The position numbers and the translations under genes are program-made. From the NCBI GenBank assembly GCA_030324005.1, contig JARDVH010000150.1:22115413-22179412 (forward strand): a stretch of DNA of 64,000 nt, given 5' to 3'. The DNA comes from Negaprion brevirostris (Eukaryota). Positions 25,978 through 39,279 of the stretch are shown here, piece after piece; within the stretch, counting starts at the first letter, position 1, and every line of letters starts with the position of its first letter. The notes under the pieces were generated by a model. The model did not search any database and had not been told where the DNA came from. It was given only the letters and a program-made list of their open reading frames with translations.

Positions 25978-26875
25978 GGACAGATCCCAACTGATCCAGA
26001 CAGATTCCCAACTGATCCAGACTTATCCCCAATTGATCCAGACTAATCTCAACTGATCCAGACTGATCCCAACGGATCCAAACAGATCCCAATGATCCAG
26101 ACAGATCCCAACTGATCCAGACTGATCCCAACTGATCCAGATAGATCCCAACTGATCCAGACTGATCACAGCTGATCCAGACTGATCCCAGTTGATCCAG
26201 ATAGATCCCAAATGATCCAGGATGATCCCAATTGATCCAGACTGATCTCGACTGATCCAGACAAATTCCAACTGATTCCAATTGATTCAGATAGATCCCA
26301 ACTGATCCATATAGATCACAAGTGATCCAGATAGATCCCAACTGATCCAGACAAATCCCAATTGATTCAGACTGATTTCAGCTGATTCAGATACATCACA
26401 ACTGACCCCAGCTGATCCAGACAGATCACAACTGATCCAAATTGATCCATACTGATCACAACTGATCCAGACAAATCCCAATTGATCCAGACTGATCCCA
26501 ACTGATCGAGATAGATCATGACTGATCCAGACTGGTCCCAACTGATCGAGATAGATCATAACTGATCCAGACTGGTCCCAACTGATCCAGGCAGATTCCA
26601 ATTGATACAAACTGATCACAACTGATCCAGGCTGATCAAAACTGATCCAGATAGATCACAACTGATCCAGATTCCAATTGATACAAACAGATCCAGACAG
26701 ATCCCAACTGATTCTGATTGATCCAGATAGATCAAAATTGATCCAGGCCAATCCATATTGATCCCAGCTGATTCAGGTAGATTCAAATCGATCCCAACTG
26801 TTCCAGATATAACCCAACTGATCCAGACAGCTCCAACTGATTCAGATCGATCCCAACTGACCCATACTGATCATA
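25978..26875. repeat. Tandem repeat, 10-bp monomer (ACTGATCCAG / ACAGATCCCA) forming a 20-bp higher-order unit
   Basis: ~900 bp of ACTGATCCAGACAGATCCCA variants; produces low-complexity spurious ORFs. Confidence 0.95.
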
Positions 26876-27354
26876 AATTGTGTCCTAGATCCGTGCTCTA
26901 CATGGGTGCAGCCCTGATCAAAGCATGATATTGGAAATACTCAAGGGCTCAGACTAATGTATCCGAGACATAGAATGGGAGTGGAAAGTGAATTAGATAT
27001 TATTTGAATTAATAAGACTACTAAAGATTAGTATATTGGGTTGATTCTACGTGGTGGGGGTGACTAATGGGGTGCTCAAGAGATCAATATTCTGGCTGAT
27101 ATTATTTGCAATCTACATAAATGTCTTGGAAGTGTGGGCAGAAGCAAGAACTTGTCCAGATTTGTTAATTATATTAATTTTAGAATGAATATTGTTTGTA
27201 AGATGAGAAAATGGTTCAAATGCAGAGGGATTATTTATAGATTAGATACTGGATTGTCAGGTTACAGATTCCATTTAATGCAAGTAAATATGAAGAAATT
27301 ATATCAAGGAATAGGAATAAACATGAGGAATATTAATTAATTCTGAATCTACAG

Positions 27355-27570
27355 TGTTAATTGTATATTAATTGTATGTATTTGTAAATCATGATGGGCG
27401 TTAACTGGGGGTCTGTTTGAGCCTCTGTAAATAGCCACAGACTAAAACCGTGTTTGTTGGATTAGGAGGTGCATGCTTGTAATGTGTATCTCTGTAAAGA
27501 AATAAAATAGTGTGTACAGATTGGCTTCTACTCTGCCCTTCGCCAACTGTTCTTTTGGGTTTGATTACAC
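27355..27570 (+). mobile_element. Possible solo LTR
   Basis: Begins TGTTAAT, ends ATTACA, internal AATAAA, imperfect ACAG-like flanks; sits beside a decayed CR1 fragment. Confidence 0.3.
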
Positions 27571-28669
27571 AGGCATAATATGAAATGGATCAGTGAAGAT
27601 TTGTGAATTGGATTGATGGTAATCAGCAAACCATAAAATGACAGTAAACAAGCAAAAAAGATATGCAAATGTATAAATGGTGAGACAGAGTATACATTTC
27701 AGTAAATGACAATGATCTCACACAAAGCATTGACACCATTTAATTCACATGATTTCAAGGAGAATGTCCTGAATTTGTAAAGGCATACACAGGAGCTTCA
27801 GTTTGTTTTGGAATATCAGTACCACTAGTAGGATACCACTGCTTAACCATCTTTTTTATTTGAAGTGAGAAATCTTCATAAGACCATGAAATATAGGAGC
27901 AGAATTAGGCCACTGGAATCAAGTCTGCTCTGCCACTCAATCATGACTGATATTTTTCTTATCCCCATTCTCCTGCCTTTTCCTCAGAACAATATTTTTT
28001 TTAAAAAACAAGATTGTCCTTAAAATGATTGTGTTACATTGCATAAAAGTTGAATTAAGTTATATGTTTTGAGTTTGACCATCATGATTGCTATGAAACA
28101 TTACATTTATTCATTACATATCTGTGAATATATGTATCATATATTCTAATACTATCATTTTAATAATACTATACATAATACTATATTTTACATTTTGCTA
28201 GTTACCTATTAAATACTGTTAAGGGTGAAACACTCTTTGCTCTTTGTATTATCATTTATTGTGGTAGATTTAGCCTGCTCAGAGTTTGATTCTGGTATCC
28301 TGATCTAAAAACACACAGTAACTCTGCAACTGCAAAAATATTGTGGCAAAGTGCCAGAGACTCCTTATGGACTCCCTGGAACAATTCATCTTAAATCAGG
28401 TAGTGAAAGGTGATTATGAATAAAAGTTGAAAAGTCAAAAATACAACGAATCAATTGTGTGTGTACCTGAAGCACAGACATTTTCTCCTTTGTCCAGTTT
28501 GGAATTTACATTTTTGTTTTATTTACTTCAATTACCTTTATTTTTTACCATTTTGTTTTCAATTATTTTTAAATATGCTCCTCCTTCACAATCTAACAGA
28601 GAACCCTCCTATCCCCCATGATTTCTAAACTGTGTGATTCATTTCACAGTTTGGGACTAAAATTTACTT

Positions 28670-29280
28670 ATTTTGATTCATTCACAGAATGTAGCCATCA
28701 CTGGCAAAGCCAGCATTTATTGCCATCCTTAAATGCCCTTGAGAAGCCGGTGGTGAACTGCTTTCTTGAACCATTACAGTTAATGTAGAGTAGGTATTCC
28801 CATGGTACTATTCAGAAGAGAATTTCAGGATTTTGACACAATGACAGTGAAAGATGGGGTATGATTTGGAGAGGAACCTACAGGTGATGGTATTCCCATG
28901 CATCTGCTGTTTTAGTCCTTCTAGGCAGTAGAAGTTGTGCATTTGGAAGGTGCTATCTAAGGACCCTTGATGAGTTTTTGCAGCACATCTTGTAGTGGCT
29001 TCTCCTGTGAGTCAATGGTGGAGGGAGTGAAAGTTTGTAGATGGGGTGCCAATCAAGGAGGCTGTTTTGTCCTGAATGGTGCCAAACTTCTTGACTGTTG
29101 AGAAAACTGCATTCTTCCAAGTGGAAAGTATCCCATCACATCCTTGACTTGTGTCACTACAATGGTGGACAGGCTTTGGGGAATCAGGAGAAGAGTTACT
29201 TACCCCAGAATTCCAGTTTCTGACAAGCTGTGATAGCCATGGTATTTATGTGGCTTGTCCAGTTCAGTTTCTGGTCAATG
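28670..29280 (-). mobile_element. CR1/L2-group LINE 3' end (same family as 6335-6900)
   Basis: GCCAGCATTTATTGCCATCCTTAAATGCCCTTGAGAAG and colinear similarity. Confidence 0.7.
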
Positions 29281-30404
29281 TTAATGTCAAGGATATTAAT
29301 AAATTTCACTATAGAAATTCATTGTATTGCTAAAATCAATTGAAAGATGTTACATCCCTGTAAAACACTGTTATTTTTGCAGTGGAACTCTGTCTAACTT
29401 GTATCTAAAGTCATAGAGGTCAATTTTTATCCACCATTCCTATTCTACCCAACAAAAATAGTTTGCGGGAGAGGGTTCACATCAGCTGAGTCTACTTAGC
29501 AGCTCCCTTTCCACTCAAGCAACATTTTGAAATTGACCGAAGCTCCCAATGCAGTAAAGCAGCAGCCTAATTTAAATCTACAAGTTGAAAGTTTAAAGTT
29601 TATTGGTGTCACAAGTAGGCTTACATTAACACGGCATTGAAATTGTGAAATTGCAGACTGGTGGTGGAACTAGAGTACAATGTGATTTTAACCATGGCCT
29701 GAATGATGTTAAATCTGCCACTTAAATTGGGCAGGATGGACAACAGTATCAAAACGAGGCCAAGATAAATATTGTTTTTTTTTGGTTCATTGGGAAGATT
29801 CCTTAGGACTCTGGAGGGGCAGCAATGTCCCTTCTGTGCTGTGAGAGTATTCCTTGCATCTTCCCTTCACCAGCTGTTCAAAATCCGACACCTTTCTGGA
29901 ACTCTTTCACAAGAACGCACATTGCACAGGAGACCGTTTGTTTCCTTGAGACCCCAGCAGCAGCGTCTCAATCCTTCCACTGCTCCTTGCCAACCTAAAC
30001 CTCATTCTCACCAGCTTCAATCTCAGATATTATAATGAAGCACACCATTCAAACTGGCCTAGATCCCTGTGCCCTTTCTGAACTTTTGGTGGCAGCACCC
30101 ACTTCAGGCCTGTCGGGCTACAAACCCTTCCTGCTTTTAAACTGCCCCTTTCCCAGAATGTAAAGTAGCCCTGCGTCCTGAAATGAAATACAATGCAAAA
30201 CACAACTAAGCACCGCACACCAAAAAGGAGGCCATTTAAATCATGATCAAGGATTCAACAGATTGGGTTATTGTCGTCTTTGTGAACAGCAGGACCTCTG
30301 CTTTTACAAGGTAGGATCACAAGGCTTTGGGTGTGCTGCCACTGCCTTGTCACCGGTTTATTGTTTATTTCCTACATGATAGCAGCCACGCTATTTTGAC
30401 CAAA

Positions 30405-30990
30405 TAGCAGTACAGGAGCAGGAATATCTTGCTGCAATTATACAGGCCCCGGTGAGGCCACACCTGGAATATTATGTGCAGTTTTGATCTCTTGATCTGA
30501 GGAAGGATGTTCTTGCCAGAGAGCGAGTGCAGAGAAGGTTTACCAGAGTGATTCCTGAGATGGTGGGATTGACATGTGAGGAGAGATTGAGTCATTAGGA
30601 TTATATTCATTGGAGTTCAGAAGAATTATGGGGGACCTCATGGAAACAGATAAAATTCTAACAGGACTGGATAAAGTCATGCAAGAAGGATGTTCCCAAT
30701 GGTGGCGGTGTCCAGAACAAGAACACAAGGTGTTGAAAGCTATGGGTAAACCTTTTAGGACTGAGATGAGAAATTTCTACACCCAGAGAGTGGTAAGCCT
30801 ATGGAACTTGCTACCAAGAAAGCAATTGAGCCCAAAACATTGTATATTTTTAAAGAAGGTTTTGTGATACCTCTCGGAGCAAAGAGATCAAAGGATATGG
30901 GAGGAAGGTGAGATCAGATCTTTGAGTTGGATGATCAGCCATGATTCTAGTGAATGGCGGAGCAGCTCGAAGGGCCGAAGGGCCTACTCT
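30405..30990 (+). mobile_element. CR1 LINE 3' end
   Basis: RPHLEYYVQF, EFRRIMGDLMETDKIL, NFYTQRVVSLWNLLP; tail GCTCGAAGGGCCGAAGGGCCTACTC. Confidence 0.9.
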
Positions 30991-32861
30991 TTTAAACGAA
31001 GCAGATTATTTCAGTTCAGTACTGAGGCACCAAGTGACTGAAATAAAACAGTTAAAATATATGCAAATATTTAACACCTCGACTTCAGCTGCACCGGAAT
31101 TTCGCTCTCCACCCAGTACCAGCAAATAAAACCCTTCCTACCTGACCAAGCCAACTTATAAACAATTATATGTTTCTTCTGAACATCAGATGCGCGGCTT
31201 GTGTACTGTGCCAGTATTTCCCATGTACCACGCACTACAATCCCAAACTAAAGATAGGTAAAGTGTCAAATAATAATATTTCTGCTGTGAAGCAGCCGGA
31301 CTTTAAAAGAAAGATAAATTAAATATCAAACGTTGAAATGCCTGGCCAAACATTGGAGTCATGGCAGAGTTTGTGACAGGGAGCACTTAATCCTTTACAT
31401 TGTCCAGTTGTGGGCAAAGATCTGCAGTGGGCGAGGGGGAGGGGGGGGGGCGAAGTGGAAAGGAGGTGGGGAAGGGTGATGGATATACTATGAGGCATCC
31501 GAAGAGCCGTCAAGCACACATCAAGCCCCTACAGAGTTCACATTGATCCCACTGTTGAACACCCAACGTGTTGAAACATCCTCGTTGCCTCCAAATTGTA
31601 ACCAGTCATTGCAGCCCACCGCGATAATGGCATGAACGCCACGCCAAATAAAAAGTTCAACATGGATTAAAAAACTGTGGAAGATGGAGCAATGTGAGAT
31701 AATCATACGGTCGCTGACTCAAAAGCAGCGGGTGGTCGTCAAGTCAACAAACCACTTCCCACTGCCCGCGTATATTATACACCACGACNNNNNNNNNNNN
31801 NNNNNNNNNNNNNNNNNNNNNNNNNNNNNNNNNNNNNNNNNNNNNNNNNNNNNNNNNNNNNNNNNNNNNNNNNNNNNNNNNNNNNNNNNNNNNNNNNNNN
31901 NNNNNNNNNNNNNNNNNNNNNNNNNNNNNNNNNNNNNNGCAAAGCTTATTAATTACAATAATGGGTTATTGTGCCATTTGCATGCTATAGTACAAATGTA
32001 ACCTTGTCAGCATTCTTGGTTGTGTTACATTTTCAATTTCAAAAGTATGCTATATTGCCACCCTCTGACTAACATGAGGTACCACATCTCTGTGGAAAAT
32101 TTGGATTGCGTGTTAAGATTGCTGAAAGACTGTCTCCTGATCAGCCACGACTATTTGACTTTTTCACTGAACTGGGACTAACCGATTGGTAGATAATCAC
32201 AGCTTGTCACTCTAACGAGTTTTTTTTTCAATCCTTGAAAAACTATTTGTTTGTAGGGGGAAGGAAAGTTATTATGCACGAGCGGCACAAAGACATTTTT
32301 TTGCTGATTTACCTCGTTCCATCTTTCAAAAGACGAAAAGCGTGTTTTAATATAGAGAGGGTGTCTGTTTGACTTTAGTGAAATTGCACACATTAACTAC
32401 ATGCATAATGTAGTTGTAGTGCTCTGAATAACCTGGTCATTTTGCCTTTTCTTTTTAATTACAATTATTATTACTTAATGCTGAGTGACTGTTAACCTGA
32501 ATTAACGCAACGTGTGCAATTACAAGATGCCTGCAAGAACATTCTTGCCTCAGAGGAAAATAATTAAATTAAATTTCTCCTTGAATGGCCAGTCATCATC
32601 TGGAGCTAAAGCCAGAGAAAAGTTACGGCACAGAAAGAGGACATTCAGCCCACTTTGTTTACATTGCTCAGTCTAATCTCAGTTTCCAGCGCCGGGTGCA
32701 GAATACAGCACTTCAAGTGCAGATCCTTTTAAATGAGTCGAGGGTTCTTTTTGCCTCAACCACCAATTCGTGTAGTGAACCTTCTTGTGTGGATTTTCTT
32801 TTTACCTAACATCCCTTCTAATCCTACTACCAATCACTTTAAATCTATACCCCTTCCAGTA

Positions 32862-33130
32862 GAGTCATACAGTCTCTGACAGAATATCCCTTTCCAATCC
32901 CCACACATTTCCCATGGCTAATCCATCTACCCACATATCTTGGGTCACTAAGGGACAATTTAGCATGGCCAATCCACTTCCTTGGGTTATGGAAGGAAAC
33001 CTGAACGCCGGAGAAAACCCACACAGACACAGGGAGAACGTGCAAACTCTACACAGGGAGTTCAACCAAGGCTAGAATTCACCCGGGACCCTGGAACAGC
33101 GGGGCAGCCGCGCTAACCACTATGACCACG
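32862..33130 (-). mobile_element. HE1-like SINE nested in a minus-strand CR1 fragment (~32720-33230)
   Basis: AAACCCACACAGACACAGGGAGAACGTGCAAACTC ... GCTAACCAC; flanks are CR1-like (TCTACCCTATCTAGGCCCCGCATAATTTT). Confidence 0.8.
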
Positions 33131-36100
33131 AATCTCTCCACTAGGGGAAACAAGCTTTTCCGGTCTACCCTATCTAGGCCCCGCATAATTTTGTGCACCC
33201 CAATCAAGTCACCCCTCAGCCGCATCTGTTCGAACTTTAGCTTTCCCAATCTTTCTTGGTAGCTGTAATTTTTCCAGGGGGAGCTTTCTTGGTTTCGAAT
33301 TTCCTGCCTCAGCCGTGCTTTTATTTCTTGTTGCTCTGTAATGGAGGGCAGTTAGGACGGGCAATAAATGCTGACCCAGCCAGGGACGCCCACATCCCGT
33401 AACAAAAATCTTTTTAAAACTTCCACGCATTCGTACCGAGAAGTGTTTTATATAATCCCTTTGACCAAAACCTGGCAAGGCAGGGCAGCTAGGACCTGAA
33501 CCTTCGGTTAATAATGGAGACCGCGAAGAAGTGGCCAATGACAAACTATTGGGAGTGAGAAAACAACATTAAGTGGCGAGGCAACGTGAAGGGAAATCGA
33601 CTCAACTCTTTCAGAGCCCCCCCATGTAGTGGTCAAGTTTTGACGCTTCGCTGAACTTTTGTTTGCCGAGCAACGTTTTATCGCCGCAGGTTAAATTCAG
33701 AATAAGCCATTACACGCAGCTGCCTCCAAGTGCCTCCAGTAACAACACATCATTTAGTTTGCAGCACCAGTTTTCCTTGGTTGGGCGAATGATGGATTGC
33801 ATCACCTGCGTGCTGCCCTTAATGTACAAAGCAGAGATGTGTTGAGGGAAGGTTTTTTTTAGCACTATCAATAGAATAAATGCAACAAAAGAGTCATGTG
33901 TTTTTTTTAAATGTATAGCGAAGGGGCTGGGAAATATTTCCTACAGTGGCGACTTCGCCTCCGCAGTAGTGAATGAATGTCGGTTCTTTTAATAAAAGGA
34001 GGTTCTTTTTTGTTGTCTTGCTAAAAGAATGTCAGAAACGATCTGCATTTAAACCCCAACAGCGAGTGTAATCTGGTTATTAAATGCATTCCCATTACGT
34101 GTTATTTCATGTTTGTGTGTGTATGAAGATTTGCTTTTGCAGTTAGATGCAGTTAGAACGGTGCTAGTTCATGCATTCCATCACCCTGTGGCCATTCCTC
34201 CTTTATTATTTTCCATCAGAGTGAATGATTCAGCCCAGTGTAAGCACCGTGAGTTATTGCTTAATGCTGGAAACCGTGTTCCAGGAACATTTCTTCACTC
34301 AACCTGAACAGTTGACGGTAAGGCGGATAAAATACAGAAGCGGTAAAATGAAATTGCTGCCGCACTGCCATTTCCCAGAAAAGGAAGAATTACGAGGTCA
34401 TCACATTTGTAAATGAACAAAAACGGCGTGGGCCGCTAATGTTGCAACAGCCCACAAATAATCGCGTAAGTGATGCCAAAACTGCATTGCCTGAGATATC
34501 GGGGGGTGAAAAAAAAGCAGCCATTTCAGATATTCAGTGTGAGAGGCATTTGAAAGGCACGCCCCAGTGGAACCATTTTAAATCTGCCAAAATACTGCAA
34601 TCTTTATACACCTTTACTGCACCCGAGGTCGCCTATCATTTATCATGTGACTGTTGTTGATGTGTTTGAAATTCCGTGTTCTGATATGAAGGCAGTGAAT
34701 CGTGTTTTATATGACAGCCTACTTCACCCTGCTATGGCTGTGGATCTGCTAACGGCAGTTCAATTCTGATAACCACATAACCAATCTATGTGGAGGTGCG
34801 ATGGTTTGCCATGGATTTGTCGGCTGCGTTAGGACGAATGACAAGTTTATTTGTGACTCGTCGAATCATTTATTCCGTAACCGCATCCAAATTGACAGTG
34901 TAGATTTTTTGACAGCATAGATAACCCGCTAAATTAAGAAATGGATGACCCACAGGAAGTATGCTGTGGACCAAAATCAGGAATAGTTACAATATGTGTT
35001 TGATTTATAACTNNNNNNNNNNNNNNNNNNNNNNNNNNNNNNNNNNNNNNNNNNNNNNNNNNNNNNGAGCCTTAGTACATACTGGTATGAATGTTCATCG
35101 TCACAACATTGAGGGTCAGTGGCTTAGTTCTCCACAGATGCTCAAGGGATTAACAGAACTTCTTCCCCAAGGAAAGTGACACGGGGCAAACTCAGAAGGA
35201 CATTCATCCACGATCTTTTTTAAATTACTAGTAACTGGTTCATTATATAATTGGCAGAAACCTAAAAAAAAAGGACAACCACCAATGTCCTCGGCTATTA
35301 ACATTGGGGGGGGGGGGGGGGCGTTGGGGAGATGGGGCAAGTTGCCTGTTTAACAATACTCCAACTCCTGAGGCCAGGCCTCAGGTACAAGAAGTGCGGC
35401 TAAAATTGCATTCTGCGGTGTGTGCATGGTTTCTCCCGCTGCTGATGCTAGTTAGTGGTGTGGGCCTTCGCTGTGCGACTGATTCCCTCCCCAGCAGTGG
35501 TGATAATCAATGGTTTCGGGGTGCCAAAGTAGCACCGCTTCTCACTCCAAACTGGGCAATCTCTGTCTTTCATACCATAATCCGCTTGTGCAAAATTCTA
35601 ATGCAGAAAACTGTACAGCGTAAATACATTGGCACTGTTGGCAGTCTGGGAAATAATCCACACNNNNNNNNNNNNNNNNNNNNNNNNNNNNNNNNNNNNN
35701 NNNNNNNNNNNNNNNNNNNNNNNNNNNNNNNNNNNNNNNNNNNNNNNNNNNNNNNNNNNNNNNGAGAGGTAGTATAGCATCCCTCCAAAGTGTTTGTCTG
35801 AAAGCATGAGAAGAAATCTCAGGACTAGGACATACTGAGAATGAGGTCCCGGGTTTTCTATGCACTGAAGTACAGTTTCTGGAGTTGGGATGATACCCTA
35901 TAGAAAGGGGTATTTAGATTGATTCCTGGAATGAAAAAGTTGTCTTATTAAAGATTGTACAGACTGGGGTTATTTCCACTGGAGTGAAGTAACATGGCAC
36001 GAATTCTATAGATCTGCTTCAAGCTTTTGCACAAGTCTCTAATAACGAGGACTTCAGTCTTTGATTTAGCAATGCACAATGCATGTGCAGCAAATACGCC

Positions 36101-38294
36101 CTCTGCAGTTCTCGCATCATCAGTTTAATATTTTACTTTAGTAGAACATTCTCCTTGTAAAATCCAAATAATGTAGACGTATAGATTTACAGCAATAGAA
36201 TATTACGTAATTCTCACTCGAATGCACGGATCCCTTTTCTGAGACTACTTTAGGTGCAATTTCCACGCTTACATAGTGCGAGACGAGCTGTTCTTCACAC
36301 GATGATAAAATGATTATAGAGCAGATTTTTTACACGATTTATGCTCAAAATGACCCATATGAGGGTTTGTATTTTGAGTTGGAGGCACCTTGAGATATTG
36401 AGATTGTCTGACGTGCAATCAGACAATCTCTTTGGAATGGCTTTGGAAATTCACCTCCAATCAGTTAGGGAAGTTGAAGCTTTTGGATAACTCATTTTTT
36501 TAATGTTGCATTAATCCTAGGGGTTTGCCCGTGGTGACATGGTTTTGTAGTATCATTGTTGCTCAGAGACTGAAAATTCCAGCCCCACTCCTGGATGTTG
36601 TCACATAATCTAGCCCATCACTTCAGCGCACTACTAAAGGAAGCTTTTAATATCCTTCAGTGATAATTAAACTGAAGCTGTTCAAATGGCATAAAAATCT
36701 CCTTACGCTGACTGAAAAGTGTTAAGAACCCCACTGATGTTAGAACATAAGAAAGAACATAAGAAATAGGAGCAGGAGTAGCCCATCCAGCCCTTCGAGC
36801 CTGCAAAGGTATCCCAAAATCCAGAAGGGTAGCTTGGAATGCCAGTTTTTAATTGTTTATTTTGCAATTTGGTATAATATGAAAAAAGATATGCAAACCT
36901 GTGAGGAATTGCTAAGTCTTCTTGCAATGATCCAAATAAAATGCTTGTTTTTCTGTAAAATACGCAAGAAGAAAGGTTACAACACAACTGCAGTAATGGC
37001 TACACACAGGCACAGACACAGGGTGGAGTTGAATTAATCCCTTTCCACGACTATCAACATTTCTTAACTCCGAGAATATCCCATTTCCCCAAAACAACAA
37101 CCCATTAGAACATAAGAACATAAGAAATAGGAGCAGGAGTAGGCCATGTAGCCCTTCGAGCCTGCCCCGCCATTCAATNNNNNNNNNNNNNNNNNNNNNN
37201 NNNNNNNNNNNNNNNNNNNNNNNNNNNNNNNNNNNNNNNNNNNNNNNNNNNNNNNNNNNNNNNNNNNNNNNNNNNNNNAACAACCGCAACAATAATTTTA
37301 ACAAAAATATAGCAATATTGTTTTTAAAAGTTAATTCTGACTGAGAGTTAGGCATTCTGGGATTTTAAGTCAACTTATAATTAAGAACAGCTGCAGGTTG
37401 TAAAGTTGATGTGAGAGATGATCTGGGAGCTGTGACCTGAAGCTTCACAAATTGACCAAGTATGGGAAATTGTTCACTTTGTTAAACTTGATGGTACCAA
37501 TGTTTTATGGTTTTTATTTGAGTGGTATGCTGTCTGAACTGAGCATAATGGTATTGTTGACAAGTAATTTCATTGGCTGTTTGAGCCAATTTCTGATTAT
37601 ACCAATGGCTAGGTGCCTGAGAACCTTATGGAAAAAGTAGATAAAAGGCATGTGCAGTCTCTTGTCTGTAGTGATAACTCCATAGTTACCACTGCAAGAA
37701 GTGCCCTGAGAACATCTTCAGAGACCATAAGGATGGATTCGACATCAGGAATGGACTTGGCCACTTCATTCTAACTGGATGGTGTTCATTTTCAGTTACA
37801 GCACTAATGTTTAGTTAAAGTGTTAAGAGTTAATGTTCGGTTAAGAGTTAATACTTGATTAAGAGTTAAAGTTCAGTAAAACAGTTAAAGTGTTGCAACT
37901 GTTTTAAGTTTGAGTTGGGACCTAAAGTATTAAATAAAGGAATATTGTTAACATAATTAAGAGTCGACTCCTGTTCTTGTTTGTCACATTAAACTGCAAC
38001 ACTTGAAAGAGTTTGTATTAGTAGCTGAATAATACATTTACCCTGCGGCTAAGCTAATTCACATATCAAAAAAACCTCAGAGCAATCAAACCCTTATCAA
38101 TTCCCTTTTATCTAAGCTGCTTGAAAAAAACTGAGAGTTCTCCACATGCCTTAGTCAATCTTAAACCCTCAATTAACACTATCTCATTTGCTAATTGTAA
38201 GATCATGCTGTATGCAAATGTTAATTTCAAAAGTAATGTATTAGCTGTGATTCAGTTTCAAATGTCCTGATAATGTGAAAGCTGCTAAAAAAAT

Positions 38295-38458
38295 AGTCTC
38301 ACAACATCAGGTTAAAGTCCAACAGGTTTATTTGGTAGCATCAGGTGCCTGGTAAAGGAGCTGCGCTCCAAAAGTTCATGCTACCAAATTAACCTGTTGG
38401 ACTTTAACCTGGTGTTGTGAGACTTCTTACTATGCTTACCCCAGTCCAACGATGGCAA
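38295..38458. mobile_element. Inverted (hairpin) Penelope-like terminus
   Basis: 47-bp arms 38295-38341 and 38378-38424, 45/47 complementary; the loop holds a GGAGC-TGC-GCTCC stem. Confidence 0.7.
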
Positions 38459-39279
38459 AACACAAAATGTATAGGAGTCAAGCAGTTTAAAATCACTTAC
38501 TTTCCTTAGAAGGAAGATTGTTAAGGTCATTGGTGCATAGAATCTCAACTTCCCACAATTTAAAAAATGCAGAATAAAATCCACCTTCATACACACCAAG
38601 AATGAGCTCTCAAAGCTTTGTAGGAAGGGGAACATAATCATCCCCATTTTCTGATCTGGCCATGCAAAAGATCTTTCGCACATCCAAAGAATGACTCAAA
38701 ATTACTCATTTAAAATCTTCCTGAATGCAATACTAGAGTTAACAGTTGTTGCAGTGATCTTACCAGCATTTAATGATAGGTTAGATAGGTTGTTGAAAGA
38801 AAGAGAATTAAAATATATAGGGTCAAAACACGCTCATGGAATTGATTCTACTGCACGTATGAAGATAAACATCAACATGGGCTGGTTGACCTGAACATCC
38901 CCTTTTCCTGCTGTAGTTTCTAATTCTCTTTATCTCCAAGGCTGCAGTAAGGTTATTTATACCTTTTTTCTCTCGTCACACTCATTTTCCATCCTGGAAG
39001 GATTCTTATTTTCTCTCTGTCAATTCACTTTCAAATTATCCAATTCGGTCTCCTCTGGTCCTCCACCAATCACAGTATCTCCAGCCCTGTTGACTTGTTC
39101 AATAGCTTTTAGATCGCTACTTTCAGCAATCCATTCATGCACTATTTTCCACTTCTAAAATTTCCCAGCACAGCTCACATCTTCATTCGCATGTGCCCGA
39201 GGGCCAAAAACCTTAACATATTTGGCGCATGACTGGTGTATTCAATTCAATGCCAGTTCAAGCTTGACAATGTTGAGCA

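Noticed and set aside
25928-26619. ORFs of 82-137 aa rich in DQ/GS/WI
   Set aside because: Translations of the 10/20-bp tandem repeat; no coding evidence.
25978-26875. CRISPR-like array
   Set aside because: Contiguous tandem units with no unique spacers, no cas genes, and a vertebrate context.
31705-31938. snRNA-type gene (PSE-like TGACTCAAAAG and TATA-like TATATTATA before a 150-N gap)
   Set aside because: PSE-TATA spacing (~45 bp) does not fit U6-type promoters and the visible sequence matches no snRNA 5' end. Gap content is unknown.
33614-33636. CTCF-like CCCCATGTAGTGGTC
   Set aside because: Mismatches at normally near-invariant core positions.
35304-35777. 157-aa ORF in the CpG domain
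   Set aside because: Starts in a poly-G run, is extended by an N gap, and shows no recognisable domain.
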